From Cenococcum geophilum (taxonomy: Eukaryota): a stretch of DNA of 64,000 nucleotides. The number at the start of each line of letters is the position of its first letter. The stretch's first letter is position 1. The stretch spans positions 33,046,001 through 33,110,000 of the forward strand of contig CP158635.1 in the NCBI GenBank assembly GCA_050273025.1, given 5' to 3'. The position numbers and the translations under genes were made by a program. Positions 38,280-52,900 of this stretch are shown piece after piece. The notes beneath the pieces were generated by a model. It saw only the letters and a program-made list of their open reading frames with translations. It was not told the DNA's origin and did no database searches.

Positions 38280-38919
38280 TATTCTATTTAGTATTTTTAG
38301 GTTAATACTAGTAGAGATAGGTAGGGCCAGTAGTATAATAGGCGGTAGGTTTTAATAAATCTCTTTAATTTCCCTTTTAAAGACTTAATTATCTTATAAT
38401 ATCGGGTCTTTTAGCAGGTAAGAGTTTCCGCAAAGGCCTATTATAGACTCTTTATTTATTCGATAAATATAGTATATAGGTAGTTTATAAATATAAGGGC
38501 ATTTAAGTTTTTTTTATATACTAGGCGGGGCGGTATAAAGTATAAGTTTAATATAATATAGTGTTATGGAGTAAGTATAAACGATAATAATATATAGCGA
38601 GGTAGATATTATTAAGCTATATATATAAACTACGTAATAAAGTTAAAAAATTATATAAGGAAAAAGTAGAAAATAGGAGAAGGGGTTATATATCGTTTAC
38701 TTAGTTATTAAGTTAATATATACCGTACTATATATAGGATAGAAGAGGACTTAGGTAGCGGTTTTAGTAGAATTTGGTAAGTTTAGTAGAATTTAATAGA
38801 AGTTGTAGATATTACAGATATTATAAATATCGCGGATATCGCGGCGGAAATAAAATAGTTAAATATAGTAAAATACGGTAGGTAGCGTATATAAGGTATT
38901 ACGGAGTAGTCTTATAATA
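38280..38919 (-). mobile_element. Diverged family-C-like LTR (38562-38919) with truncated adjacent internal sequence
   Basis: Reverse complement resembles the C LTR ends (…CTTACTCC.TAACA and T.TTAT…ACCTTATATACG); heavily RIP-mutated. Confidence 0.75.
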
Positions 38920-39643
38920 GCTTTCTTGTATTATTTTATATTATTACTATCTTAAAAAAGTTATCTACTTCGCGAACCTAATTATCTAAGTATTAGGCAT
39001 TAGATTTATAGTGAAGTTTTAAACTACTAAAGGCCTTAACTAGTTAGTCTCTACCTTTTTTTTATATAGATATCTTTCTAGGTTTTCTATATCTCCTTAG
39101 GTTAGTACTAAATAGTTATTAGAAAGCCTTTAGCCTTAGCTAAATTACAAAAGATTTTATTTAAATTTACCTTTTAAAGTTTTTAATATAATTATAAGTA
39201 GTTCCTATATATATGGCTTTTAAGAGTCTTATAATAGCCCTCTCATATTCTTTTTAAAAAGATCAGTTTAGGGTTTCTAACTTCCTAAGCTTAGGCCTAA
39301 AGAGACTCTAACTATAGAGGTAGTACTAACGCTAGTAACTAGTATAGGTTTCTCTATTAGGTTTAAGTCTTAAATTAGTATTTAGGTTAGATTATTTAAA
39401 GGGTAGACCTACTTAGTTTATAAGCCGTTTATATACTATTACTATATTAATTATAGACTAGTAATATTCTAAAAGGGTTTTTATTAGGTTCCTAATTAAA
39501 TATACTAATATATTCTTTTAGTATCTTTAACTTAGAAGAATATTTTAGAGATACCTTTAATATTTAGTCTTCTAGTTAATCTAGGCTAGATTAAAGAAGT
39601 TTTAGCTATCTTTTAGTAGTACTATAGCTATTACAATAGATAC

Positions 39644-42600
39644 TGTTGGTCATATAGAGTAACTTATCAATAGCGACTACTCGAGTAGGTTATAGTAATG
39701 TTAGTTAATATGCTTCTTCTTGGAATAAGGAAAGATAAGGAGCTTAAGACTTCTTGCTATACTAATACCGCGGCAATATATAACAACCGCTTGCCTTATT
39801 CCCAATACTAGCAACTCTTCTTTTATAGCTGCCATCTATATATAAATACTGCTAACTAACATAACAAATATAAATCCTCCTTACTTACTATTGCTATTAT
39901 AATGTAAGTCTCACTATCCTAAAATTTGCCTCTTAGTACGTAGTGCTTTCTTACTTAGGAGTCGTTGGTAGACGTCTTATTAGGCCGCTAAGGCGCTAGT
40001 TATAAGCGAGCTAATAGTAAATTTCTATCCTAGGGATAAAAAATCCTAATTGGCTAGTTGGAATTAGGGTTTATAGATTATTATACTCCTACTCCCTTTT
40101 AACCTAATCTTTAACTCGCATATATAGAGTGTTTATATTAATAAGTGTTTCTAAAGCCTTGTTTAAGTTTGCCTTTATTATTATATCTACTAAGTTATCT
40201 TAGCCATTAATCTATTAAATCTTAAAGAGTTCTCGCCATTTATAGGATTGCTAAAGTGCTATAATATCGATTATAAGGCGCTTTTCCTTTATAGTGCTAA
40301 GCTTAACTAAACACTTATAGAGGGAGTATAAGTTAGTATATACGATTATAGGGATAATAGGAAGTTTAAATCGATCTATAATTATTTTTAGGGTAGTTCT
40401 AATTGTAATTGCTATATTAACTCCGCTAACTATTCTATATATCTCTAACGCTAAAACGCTTTAAGTAATATATTTACTCTTAGTTAAGCTTTAATAGATA
40501 AAATTGCTATAGATTGTAAAGTTATTCTCTCTAGTAAATTTATTCGCGATAATAATCTTATATCCTAACTAGAAGCTAAAATCTTTATTATTTATAAATA
40601 ATCTATTAATAAATATAAAGAGCTTAGTAGTGGGAAGATTAATAGGTATATAAAGTAGTCCCTAATTAAGATAGTTTATTTGCTAGAAAAGACGTTTATT
40701 TAGGGTAAGAATGTTATCCTTAGTTAGTTCCTAGTATTAGGCGGTAATAAAGAGGTTAAATAAAGCCTTAGGTTAATAAATAGATGCAATATAAGCTTCG
40801 TAAGCGCGTTACTCTATATATCCTTACTTTAGAGACTTAACATTAATAACATTAATCTTCTTACCTTAACCATTCTGGCGTAAAGTAATAGAATTCTTAT
40901 TTAGGGAGAGGATGCATCTATTAAAAAGTAATAGTATTGTTAAATTAAGCTTTTCCTTTAGCTTTGCTATAAGATTTGCCTTTACTAGTTCATCTTCTTT
41001 AAAAGCTAAGAATTAGTTGTCTCCTAAGATAATTATATTATTAGTTTATATACTAATAATTCTAAATAGGGTTCCCGTGGTTATAATAAGGAAGCATAAA
41101 TCAAATATAGAAGTAGTTATTAAAAGTTTCTCTTTATGGTGCTTACTGTAAGTAGCCTACTAATAAGTTCTTGCCTCTTTAATTCTATATAATGGCTTAA
41201 GTATAACTATAATTGTATCTTCGGGATATTAGTAGCGAATTTACTTTAAAAGGTATACTAATATTAAGCGCTAAAGGTGCGTCTTTAATTAGGTATAGGC
41301 CTAGGTAATATTTTATAAATAAACCGCCATTCTATTCTTTATTAAGAAGGGAGCTAGCGTAATAATAACTCGCTAACTAGCTCGTTAAATTATAGGAGAT
41401 TGCGTAAGAATTACCTCCTTACTATTATTATTATAGCCTTAGATAATAAGCCTTAATTTTTTAAATAGGGCGTTAGTAGCTTTGCCTTTAATCTCATTAA
41501 CCATTTTTAACTTAAAGATACGAACTTTATTAAACTTAGTAGAGTTATACTTCTTAAATTTAAAGACTCTTCTTATAATAAGACTATTAATCTCCTACTT
41601 ATTAGATACTTAGAAAGGAGCTTTAGGGGTTATAATATAACCTTCCTTTTAGAGCTGTTTTATAAGCTCAAAGTTAGCCTTCTCCTTAGCTATTATAAAG
41701 GCTATTAATAACTTAACTCTATTCTTAATAGCGGCAACAAATTAATCTTTAAAATTAATAAGATATTGGCGATTTTATAATCCCTTTAGGTAACCTCTAC
41801 CACGTTATAGTTACGGCATATCTACTATAATTATATTAGAATTGTAGTTGCCTTCTAGAGCATATTAATTGTGGTTCTCCTTTAGGGCATCTTTTAGGAT
41901 ATTCTATAAAGGCTTAAAACTATTATCTTTATAGTAAGGCTTAAAAATAGTTAAATAGAATTAAGTGGGTCTGTAAGGCATCTAAATAGTATAAGTTTAA
42001 CCATTAATTATAATAAGCTAATATAGGCCTAACTACTCTCCCTTTTTACACTATATATATACCTTAGACTAGAGTAGCAGATTAAGCATAGTTAAGGTAT
42101 TTAGGTTATTTCTTATTCCTAGTATATTGTTAACCTAGTATATAGCGTAGAGATATTGCACCTCCTTCGTTACCTTACGAATAGCCTTAGCTTATTATAT
42201 AATAGAGGGAGATAATAAAGAATTATTAGTTATTTAAGGGTAGGCGCTAAAGACTAGTAATATAGGTATAAGTCTATTTAGGCTAGCGGAATTATTAATG
42301 GCTTTAATAGCTATTTATAAGGTAAGTTCTTTATTAGCGTTCTCTAGTTCTAAAGAGATAACCTTATATACGCGGCGTAATAGCGCGTAATATTGCTCTA
42401 CTTTTTTAATACTATTATATGCCTTTATAGGGACTTCCTTAACCTTAATTGCCATTACCTTTATCTATTATTAAAACTCTATAGATAAGAAGTTCTTTTC
42501 TATATTATAAACGATTTAATTAGGGGGTTCTAGGTAGATATTAATCTAGTATAATTAAAGGGTATCCTATACGTTCCTAGCTAATATATCCTTTAAGAAA

Positions 42601-45350
42601 CGTATGGCTTAGAAGGAGGTTAAGAAGTTAGTAACTTAGAGTACTAGCTTGCTGCTAAGATATATAACGTTAGCGATAATATAGAAGTTAAAGTTATAGT
42701 TATTTTTAAGGGTAAACTTAAATCAGCTAGGGGACTTCTAGTTTATTTAGTAGTAATAGTAGTACTTTATAAGATGCTTAATTGCCTTAACCTTAACTTT
42801 ATAGCCTACTTACTAAAGAACCCTAAGTAATTAATAAATGGATAGGTAGCTAAAATAACGGCGTAGTTAGCGTAACTCTAACTTAATTAAGTGGCTTTAA
42901 GTAATACTCTTTTCTAGTTAATAAAGGAGTAACTAGGGGTAACCCTAGTTACGTATAATAGGCACCTAATTATCTCCCTAAACAAGTATATTTTTAAGGT
43001 TATTAAGCTTAACGCCTAATTTGTCTATATTTCTAATGCAAAATAAAAACGGAGTATTTATAGGAATAACGTAAAAAGTAATATACTCTAAGGGGGTGTG
43101 GACCTTAATTGTGCTAAAATAGATTATAGTACCCTTGCTAAAACGTGTTATATATTAACCTACTATTAATTAGTTAATCTAAATAGAGGTATTAAGTTAT
43201 TAAAGGGCTTAAACTTAAGGTTCTTCTACTCTAGATACTCCTACGGCTCTAGTATCTGATATAATACTATAGAAGATGTTTGCTAAGTATCTATTATTAA
43301 AGGAGAACGCGGAACTCTCCTTTAGCTTATTAAAGATATTTAACTTTATAATAGAATGGAGTGTAGATTGGTTATTAAGAACAGCGACGGTTTATATACT
43401 ATTTACCTCACTATACTTAGTAAAGTATTAGTTAAGGGAGTAGTTCTTAATTTCTATATCTATAAGGAGCTATTCAGCCTTATTAACCTTGCCCTTAAGA
43501 TCTTTTACGCCTTAATATTAAACCAGGAAGCTTTAGAAGTAAGCCGTAGTAACCTTATAATTTCTAATATTTCTTATACTCTAGCAAAACTTATTATATA
43601 CCTCCTTTCGCTTATTAAGAAAATGCCTAGTTAACTAGCAATTTGGCTTCTTATAAACGTAGCACTTTTTTTAGTAATTACTTTAAAATAAACCTCTATA
43701 AGGACCTCCACGATTACCTTATAATTAATATTAATTATACCCTTTACCGTATTGCCCACCACGGCTACTATATATTTAATTAGTCTAGTTATAATTATAT
43801 TAGTTAGGCGGGTTAATTAAAGTAGGTTAGAGTTAAGCGTTAAATTACTATACTTTTTAAAAGCGTAGAGTAGTGCTAATAGAAGATCTTAATTAAGTAT
43901 ATACTCCTTTATAAGTATTTATAGGGTTAAAGTATAAGGGTACTTTTAGTCCCTTACTTGGCTACATCCCGGGAGCTCTTAGGGGCTACTAAGGCTAGCC
44001 TTCGGCTAGGCCTTGGCCACCCCTTATAAGCTCCTTAGGCTTGCAGCCTCCTTCCTCCCCTATTGGTTCGTCTCCGTACAAGGCTATTGCCTACTCTTTA
44101 CTATATCGTCCTCTTATATCGACTCCTTATATAACTCATGCTCGGCTTACCTGCTCCCTACCGTACACCCTAGCAATACTGCCTTATATAAAGAAAGTAA
44201 GGTTATATTCTTTAATACCTTAGTATACGCTAATAACTTAATTATGTAGGCTAAAATCCTTTTAATATAATTCGGATAAACCATGCTAAATTATCTAAAG
44301 TTAATTAAAGAGCTTTTAAAGATAATTAAGCCGAGGAATACCTGGGTTTATAGCAATAATCCTTAAAAAAGTAGTCTCTCTCCATTCTAATATATACTGC
44401 TACTTATTCTCTTCTGTTTTAAAGTGGTATCTTAACTCATATATTATACGGTTAAAGTTATATCCTTTTCCTACCAAATAATTATAATAGAAGGTACTAG
44501 CTCGGCCCCTAAGTATAATAGAATAGGCGTTGTAGTATTAATTAGACTCTATTCCTACCTTTTAGCAACAGTTATAAAAGATACGTAATTTCGAATTAAG
44601 AATATTATATAATTCCCTATTAAACTTCTTCTCCTAATCTAAATAGAGCTTTATAAGCTCTATAAGTAATTTTAAAATACCTCTAATTTAAGATTAAGAT
44701 AGAGGTAGGAGTTGCATTATAGGCTGTAGTAGGGACGTATGTCTAGTCAGTAAAGTCTAAATGTTATTAAATTATAAAGCAATAGGATCCTATGCCTACT
44801 TTCGTTAGGGTATAGTATCTGATATTAAAGTTACGGGTTAAATTAGATACAGAGGAGTTAAAGGTAGAAGTAGATTCGTCTTTAGAGGTATATTGCTTAG
44901 ATTCCATTATAAGTTAAGCTTCCTTATAGTGCGTAGTTAGTGCTTAATCTCTTATAGAGTCTATTCGTGTTCTTTTTTTACGTTAATAACCTACTCCTAA
45001 ATATTGTCTCTAATAGTATCCCCATCTATAGGTATAAATACTTTATACTCCCGTAAGAAGTTACGGAAGTCTTATATAATATCCTTCTTTACAGGAGCCT
45101 ATATTCCCTTTATCTATTTAATTAAATCCTCCCTTATATAGTACTATAGCATAGTATCGTTATATTTACTGTCTTTATAGTATACTATACGGTATAATAA
45201 GAATCCATTTAAGTCTTGTTAATTAACATCTTTAAGGTTAATTATATTGGTTTTTTATATCTCTAAGTTATACTAAAGCCTTTTCTTAATTAAATAATAT
45301 AGCCTTAAGGATCTTTCGTTCTCTTAGCTAAATATCCCCTATAGTTATAC
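39644..45350 (-). mobile_element. Ty1/Copia retrotransposon remnant (gag-protease-integrase-RT-RNaseH); boundaries uncertain
   Basis: Copia domain order on minus: protease-like DT.A.G ~43255, integrase ~42250-42800, RT ~40850-41500, RNase H LY.CLVKL.T.KEKRL.IDI.AL ~40250-40330, purine tract ~40086-40096. Candidate LTR 39644-40085 has no visible partner. Confidence 0.85.
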
Positions 45351-46917
45351 GCTCTAACTGTTTTAAATTTAGCCGTATACTGTAGGCTGGCTTAGTATAT
45401 CGCAGCTTAAGGAAATAATTATATAGACTAAGAGGCAACCCCTAAATATACGACTTTTGCTAATATAAGGCTACTTCTTACCACTCAATTATACCTCCTA
45501 TAACTATTCTATCTAATATTAATAAATTAACTAGGTAGAGTTTATCTACCTTTTATTTATACGTAGTTACTATACTTATAGCGTTCTATTAATCCTTACT
45601 CCTATAAGGCATATTTACTTAAGTATATAGTAGGGAGTAGGTAAGCCAAGTATAAGTTATAGGAGAGTTAATATAAGAGGACGATATGGTAAAGAGTATA
45701 GTAATAGCCTTATATAGAAAGAGACGAACCAAGAAGAAGGGAAGGGCTGTAAGCCTAGTAAGGGACCTAGCCTTCACTTTAAACACTAGCTTCTACTTTC
45801 CTTCTAAGTATTTCTTTAGAACTTCCTTTAACGTTTTACTATTAAGCTCTCTCTATCTAGCGTTATACTCTTTTTTTAATAGCCCTATTTAGTAGATTTC
45901 TAAAATAGTAACGTTTGTGTTAAAATTATATCTTATTTCCCTCCTCTCTGTTTTTTACGTCCTCCTTATTTTAATACGCTAAGTTATAAATAACCCTAGA
46001 TATAATCCTAGTTGTTGTACCAGTTATACGCTTCCTAAACTACTAACTATACTAATCCCTTTACCTAGTTTAAAGAATATTATATCCCTATAGGATATTA
46101 AGGATCCTATCTTAACTTCTTTATCTTCTAATTAAATAATATAAGATACTTAGCCTATTACGGTTTATTTTATTACTAGTTTAGCTCTTACTAACTATAG
46201 CTTACTAAGTATTACCTTATATAATATTTCTTCTATAGTAATAAATATTATAGATATTAAGATATTACTTATTACTATAAGGACCACATATATTAATCTA
46301 ATAGACTTAGACTAAGTCCTATTAATAGACGTTAAACATATATAATATAACTATAGGGGTAGACTTAATCTTAGTAAGCCGTATTATAGAGCTACACTTT
46401 CCTTAATAAGGTTAAGCTCCGCTCTAAAGTTAATTAAGCGCTTGGCTCTTCTAATCTCCTATCTATACTTCTACTTTTAGATATTGTTTTTAAAACTAGA
46501 TAAATCCTACTTCGCGTTTAATCTAGTTTACCTTAGTAATTATTAGGCTAGCTTAGTTAAAATAAAACGTTAGGTACGCCAATAGTATAGATACATTAAT
46601 ATCTTTTTACTTTTATTGGTAATGCTTATAGAAGAGGCTTAAAGAATAACCTTACGACTTTAGGTATATATACGAGGTAGTTACTAATAGTAACTTTAAT
46701 AGTTTTAATAAGATCTTGCCTACTATTATAGTTAGGCTTAGGACGTTCCTTTTTAGTATATCTATTATCCTAACTAGCTTTAGTCACGGTGCTTTAGCGA
46801 TTATTATTGTATCTATTCCTTACTCTGCCTCTTTTCTTAGCTATATAGCATAGTTTATTTTTATAAGTTTTATTATTATTTAAAGGCGATTAAGGAGCTA
46901 ACCGTTGTAATTATAAT

Positions 46918-49900
46918 TGTAACGGAACCTTGTAGCAAGAACTACGATAGGCTCGTTATTAGGCTAGGTGTGTAGGAAATGCAAGTATAAAAGTCAATAA
47001 CGTAATAATAACTGGTGGAGTAGTTGCCTAATAGATTAACTCTAATTATATTCTAAGAATTACTACAAGGAAGGAACTATCTAGGTAGGGACTAAGGGTC
47101 CTTAAATACACAACCGTACTCTTATAAAATCCTTTTTATACGTAATATACGTCTTATATATAAGGTATATAAGTTCCTCTTATTCCTTTTATTTAATACG
47201 TAGCACATTATATAACTTTAGTTACCATTCCTTGTTATATAGTTCTATCGGCTCTATCCTAGACCGTGCCTAAATTAATTAACTAGCTTCTTCTGTCTTT
47301 TCTCTAAGTAGTTATAATATTATACTTAAAGCGTCCGTAATACTATCTCCCTCCTCTTTATCTTCGTCCTTAAAGATTTAAAATATCTCTAAGTCGTTTA
47401 TTAGAGGTATAATGTCCGTCTAATTAATTTAGTTAATATTATTACTTATTATACTTAAAGCAATTTCTTCTTTATACGCCCAACGTCGTGCTCACACTGT
47501 TGCTGTAATATTGTCTCTTAGTGAGATCCTACTATCTCCGTATTCTCGTTATTTAAAAGAGGGGTTAGTTTGTATTGCATTGGCGAACCTATCTTCGTGA
47601 TAACCGTCCTCTTGCTTAGAGTGTACTAAAGCGAATATTCGTTTGTCCTATAATGTTTACTCTACTTTTAATGCTAAATATACGCGACCTATTACTCTTA
47701 ATAGCCGTCTGGTTCCCTAATTAATTTATCTTAGGGTCTTATATTTAATCTACTGCTGCGCGGCTAGATGGTGAACTATTGCAAGCCCTTGCTAAGTTGG
47801 AACGTTCCCGTGACGCGGAATAGAAGGCCCTAAATGCTTAAATTACGGCGTTTACTCGTCTGCTTTGTCTTAAGAAGGTTTATAAAAAGGTTTATTTTAA
47901 GAAGTAGAAACTTATAGAATAAGGTTTATAGGAACTAGGTAATAAAAGAACGGATTTTCCTCTAATAGAGAAGGAAACAGATCTAAGTAGTTCGGCAACT
48001 GCTTTTCTTAGGTCCCCCTTAGGTAACTTATTCTTTGGCGATCTTTTTTTATTAATACTGCCTAACCTAATCTCTTCCGATACTCCTATACCTTTTCTAT
48101 AGCGTTTTTTAAATTCTCTAGTAGCTTTTAGGTAGTCTTAGTATAGCCTATCCACTTAACCTTATACTATATTTCGTCGTTAATGTCCTTATAATTAATA
48201 ATCTTTAAAACTTGCCATTTGTCTTCTTCTTGTCCTCTATATATGTCTGCTTTATAGCCTAGTAGCTTAATATTCCTATATACTGGCTCTAGTATTGCGA
48301 TATGCTATATAGGGTAGATCTTTATTTTAGCTAGTAGGTTTAACTTAAACATGACTAGTGAAATCCTCTATATAATTTTAAAAGGTCCTAGTCTAATATG
48401 GTCTAATTTCTTACTTAGTTGTTAACTCTTGAAATTTTTGTGTAGTAGCTATACTTTATCTCCCTCCTTAAGATCTGGTCCCTTAGATCTCTTAGTATTA
48501 TAGTACTTTTTTATTCTCTGCTGTACTACCTTAGCTATCTCTATAAGGTCTGTATAAAGATTTATTAAATCTTTTATTCTTTCTTTAGCTATACTACTTG
48601 TTTTCTTCGCTTGCTATAGTAATAACAATATTCTTAGCTTATATCTATAATTTGCCTTAAATAGTAATATGCCTATTTCTTCTTAGGGTGTTATATTGTA
48701 TATAAACTGTATAACTGGTAATAGCGATACCTAATTATTTTATGTATAATTAATATAATGCCTTAGATACTGTTCTAGTGTCTAGTTTAATCTCTCCGTT
48801 TAACCGTCTGTCTATAAATAATACGCGGTAGAAGTTGCTGCTTAAACTTCTTACTCCGCTAAGAATACTTCCTAGAATGCTGTTATAAATCTTAGATCCT
48901 ATCTGATATAATTTTGCTTAGTGCTCTATGTCTTATAAACACTTCTTTAATATAGATTCTAGCGACATCTTCCGCTAAGATTTCTTCTATATATGCTATA
49001 AAGTATCCCCACTTTATAAGCTTATCTACTATTATTAAGATTGCGTTATAATCTTGTCCGGTAATAGGATCTTTTAATTTTGGTAACTTAATAATAAAGT
49101 TCTATAATATAACCTCCTATAGTCTCTCTAGTATTTCGATAGGTTATAGCCCCCTATATAGCTTATGCCTTATTAGTTTGTTTCTTTAGCAATTTAGATA
49201 CTCTTTAGTGACCCTTCTAGCTATCCTTTAGATTTTGTTAATAATATATTCCTCCTAAAGTCTTAATACTAAGCCCGTGGCTCTATTGTGTCCTTAAGTT
49301 AGTCCCTTATAAAAGTCCTTTATAAACTACTCTGCTATGCTTTTTAGGATATATTTCACTTCTTGATTTTTATATATATCCATCTATAGATCTTCTAGCT
49401 ATGCTTTTAGAATTCTTTATACCTAAAAGCTTTCTAGTGTTTTGTAGACTTTTTCTAGTTTATTGTCTTCTTAAGTTGCTATGATTTTTAGATAATTGTA
49501 CCTAATTAATCCGTCTATATCTTTTTGTAATAAAGCCCCTAATAGCTTTTCCTTATTTTATAGTTTAGCTTTACGGCTTAGAGTATCTACCCGTATATTA
49601 TCTATACCTTTAGTATACTAAATCTTAAAATGGTATTCTGTAAGCATCTCTGCCTATCTAATCTATCTTTAGTTAAGTTCCTTTATTATTAGGAATTCTA
49701 TTAGGTTCTTATAATCTATTTTAACTATAAATAGTTTTTCTATGCCTTATAAGAATGCTCTCTATTCCTTTAATGCTGTAACTATACCTAATAACTCTTT
49801 GTTATAGATGTTATAGTTTAACTCTAGTAGTGTTATCTTTTAACTATAGTATACTACTAGATGCTATCTATTCTAATGCCTTTGTATAAAGTATGCTTCT

Positions 49901-52900
49901 AGTATATAGTCTAATATATTTGTTTCTATAACCGTCTCTAGTCCTAGTTAATAGATCTTAAGAACTGGCTCCTAGGTAAATAACTCTTTAACTTTCTTAA
50001 AGAGTTCTCTTTGCTCCTTTTCCTATGCCTATAGTTCTTCTTTCTTTATTAACCGCGTAAATGGTTTAATGTCCTTTAACTACTGTGCTATAAACCTTCT
50101 ATAGTAATTGTAAAACCTTAGGAATAATCTTAACTATATAACGTTCTCTAGTTCCTACTAATTTACTATAGCCTTAATCTTCTTTAGATCTATACTAAGT
50201 TGGCCTAGTTTAATAATAAATTTAATAAAATTGGTCTTCCTAGTAAAGAACTTGTATTTCTTAATTGCTACTAGTATCTATTCTTTCTGTAGTCTCTTTA
50301 AGACCCATTTAACGTGTTCTTTATATTCTTCCTTAGTTATTAAGTAGATAATAATATTATTAAGATATACTATAATAAATTTATTTAAGTGTTCTCCTAA
50401 TATATTATTAATACGCTTTTAGAACGTTGCTAGTGCGTTTATAAGCCTAAATTGTATAACTAATAGCTTATATAGTCCTTCCTTTAACCTAAAGGCTGCT
50501 TTCTATTTATTGCCTTCCTTAATCCTGATCTAATAGTACGCCTATCTTAGATCTATTTTTGTGAAGATTTGCGCATTACTTATCCTATCTTAGATTTTGC
50601 TAATTAAGGGTAAAGGATACCTATCTTTCCTAGTAATGCTGTTTAACTATCTATAGTTGATATACAGCCTTAGTTTACTATTTTTCTTTAGTACGAATAG
50701 TACTGGATAACCCGCTAATAACTGCAATGGTTTAATATATCCCTTTTATAGATTTTTCTAGATAAACTCTTTTAACGCTCTACCTTCTTCTTTAGTAAGC
50801 TTATAGATTGGAAAGAACTTTAGACTTATTCCTAGTTTTAACTTTATCTTATAGTCCTATACTATATATTCTAACAGCTTTTTACTTTCTAGTAACTATA
50901 GTTTTTTGCTATACTTATGGTATCTCTTTAGTATATAACTTAGTCCTTTTTCTATTTCTTTATAGGTTACTCCTACTTAGTACTATACTAACTTAGCTTA
51001 TTATCGCATCTTACGGCGTTAAGTATCTCTAATATTAACCTGGCCTGTAATCTAATTAATCCTTAGATTATATTCCTATAACTAAGGCATACCTAATACT
51101 GCCTCGTCTTGTCCTAATGGTAGGATATTAAAAGACATCTTGATTTGTCTTCCTTTAATAGTTATCTAAATAGGTCCTATTTTAAGGTTAATAATCCCTC
51201 CTCTATAGGTTATTAGATCTCCTAAAATTATAACTAATAGGTAAGGTTACTCCTTTTATCTATAAGGTAATCCCATTCTCTTAACTGCTACTAGTAAGAT
51301 ATAGTTTCGCGTTACTTTACTATCTATTAGCGCTTTAAACTGCTGATCTTACTAATTAATTCGTAAATTTAGGTATTATCCTTAAATTCCTTTAAGGGTC
51401 TAAGGCTCTACTACTAGCTCCCTCTGGTCCCGTAAGCCTCTACTTTTCCTAACTATTAGCTACTTAATCCTAGTACACTTGGCTCGCTCTTTAGCCAATA
51501 CCTAGTTCGCTTTTTATCTTTAATATGCTATAGACATATATTTTCTAGGTATTTCTACTACTATTGTCCGTCTAAGCATTTTTCCGTAAGGAATCTTCCT
51601 AGTTAAAGTACTAAACTTCCTTCCTCTTGGACCTCTACTAGATGCCATCTATATATATATTTGGTATTCCTATACTATTACTTATCCGTTATCTAGTATA
51701 TCCTTATAGGGTATTTCCAATTCTTTTCCTTTGGATTTTTATATATTTTATATATATTATCCATATACGCAATCTATAATAACGTATAGTGTACTAAGTG
51801 CTTTAGGTTAACTTTTGGCTCGTCTTTATCCCTAAGTTTAAACCTTTATCATACTGATCTAAACGTTATAACTTTATTTATAGGTACTAAGATACGCCTT
51901 TTGCTTCTCTAGTCCTCTAAACATTTCTCTAGATCCTTTAATATTATAATTAAGGCTCCTTTAATATGCGTTATAGCCTTCTCTATAATTAGGTGGTCTT
52001 AGATAACTTTTTTATCCAACCATATATAGAAATCTTCCCACTTATTATTGTGCCTTTGCCTATACCACTTTTGGTATAGCTGCTAGAGTGTATACGGTCT
52101 GTCTATAAGGAAGTATCTTCTTATTACTATATTGTAATAGCCTTTTATATATCGTTTTTTAAACCTAGTTAAAATCCCTAAATCCTCTTTATTTTCCAGT
52201 TTAGTAAGCCACTTAGCTCTTAGTATGCCTACTCTCGGCCTATTAGTAATTCTTTATATTAGTGCTCTATCCTTTATACGTCCTAATGTGCTAGATCTCT
52301 TGTCTAGTTTCTGTTCTTACTATACAATAATTCTTTACCTAAACTCTTCTATAGTTTCTTTTAGTCTACACCTTGCGCTCTAATCCTTAAAGTCGTCTTG
52401 CTTCTTAATCTAGGTATTAAACTTTTAATCTTTAGGCTGAATACTGCGTTCCCCTAGTAAGTCTTCTAGGTCTATGTGTCTGTCTCCTAGTTTGGCTACT
52501 GTTTATATTACAGATTCTCTAATTTATAAAGAAGCTCCTTACCTCTTATCTATAGGTGTCCTTATTTATATTCCGAAATCTTGGTCCCTTAGATTCTTTA
52601 ATCCTAAGCTTACTTCTAACTTAAGCTTAGCTCCCGCCTTAGTCTAACTAGGTGTCCATGGTGTTCTTATCTTATCTTAAGAGTCTTAAATCTTACTCAT
52701 CTTGTCTTAAGAGTCTTATGCCTTACTTATCTCGTCTTAAGAGTCTTATGCCTATGGGAAACTCTGTCCCGAGCTTATTTATATATTTCTAAACTAAGCT
52801 ATTGCCCTGCTCTATTGGTTTTCTTCTATTATAGGTCCTTGGGTATACCTTATCTCATCTTAAGAATCTTAGTCGTCTCTTATCTCGTCTTAAGAATCTT

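Noticed and set aside
38920..39640. Possible coding remnant
   Set aside because: Too degraded to assign by eye; left unannotated, as are 7600-7936 and 23310-23820.
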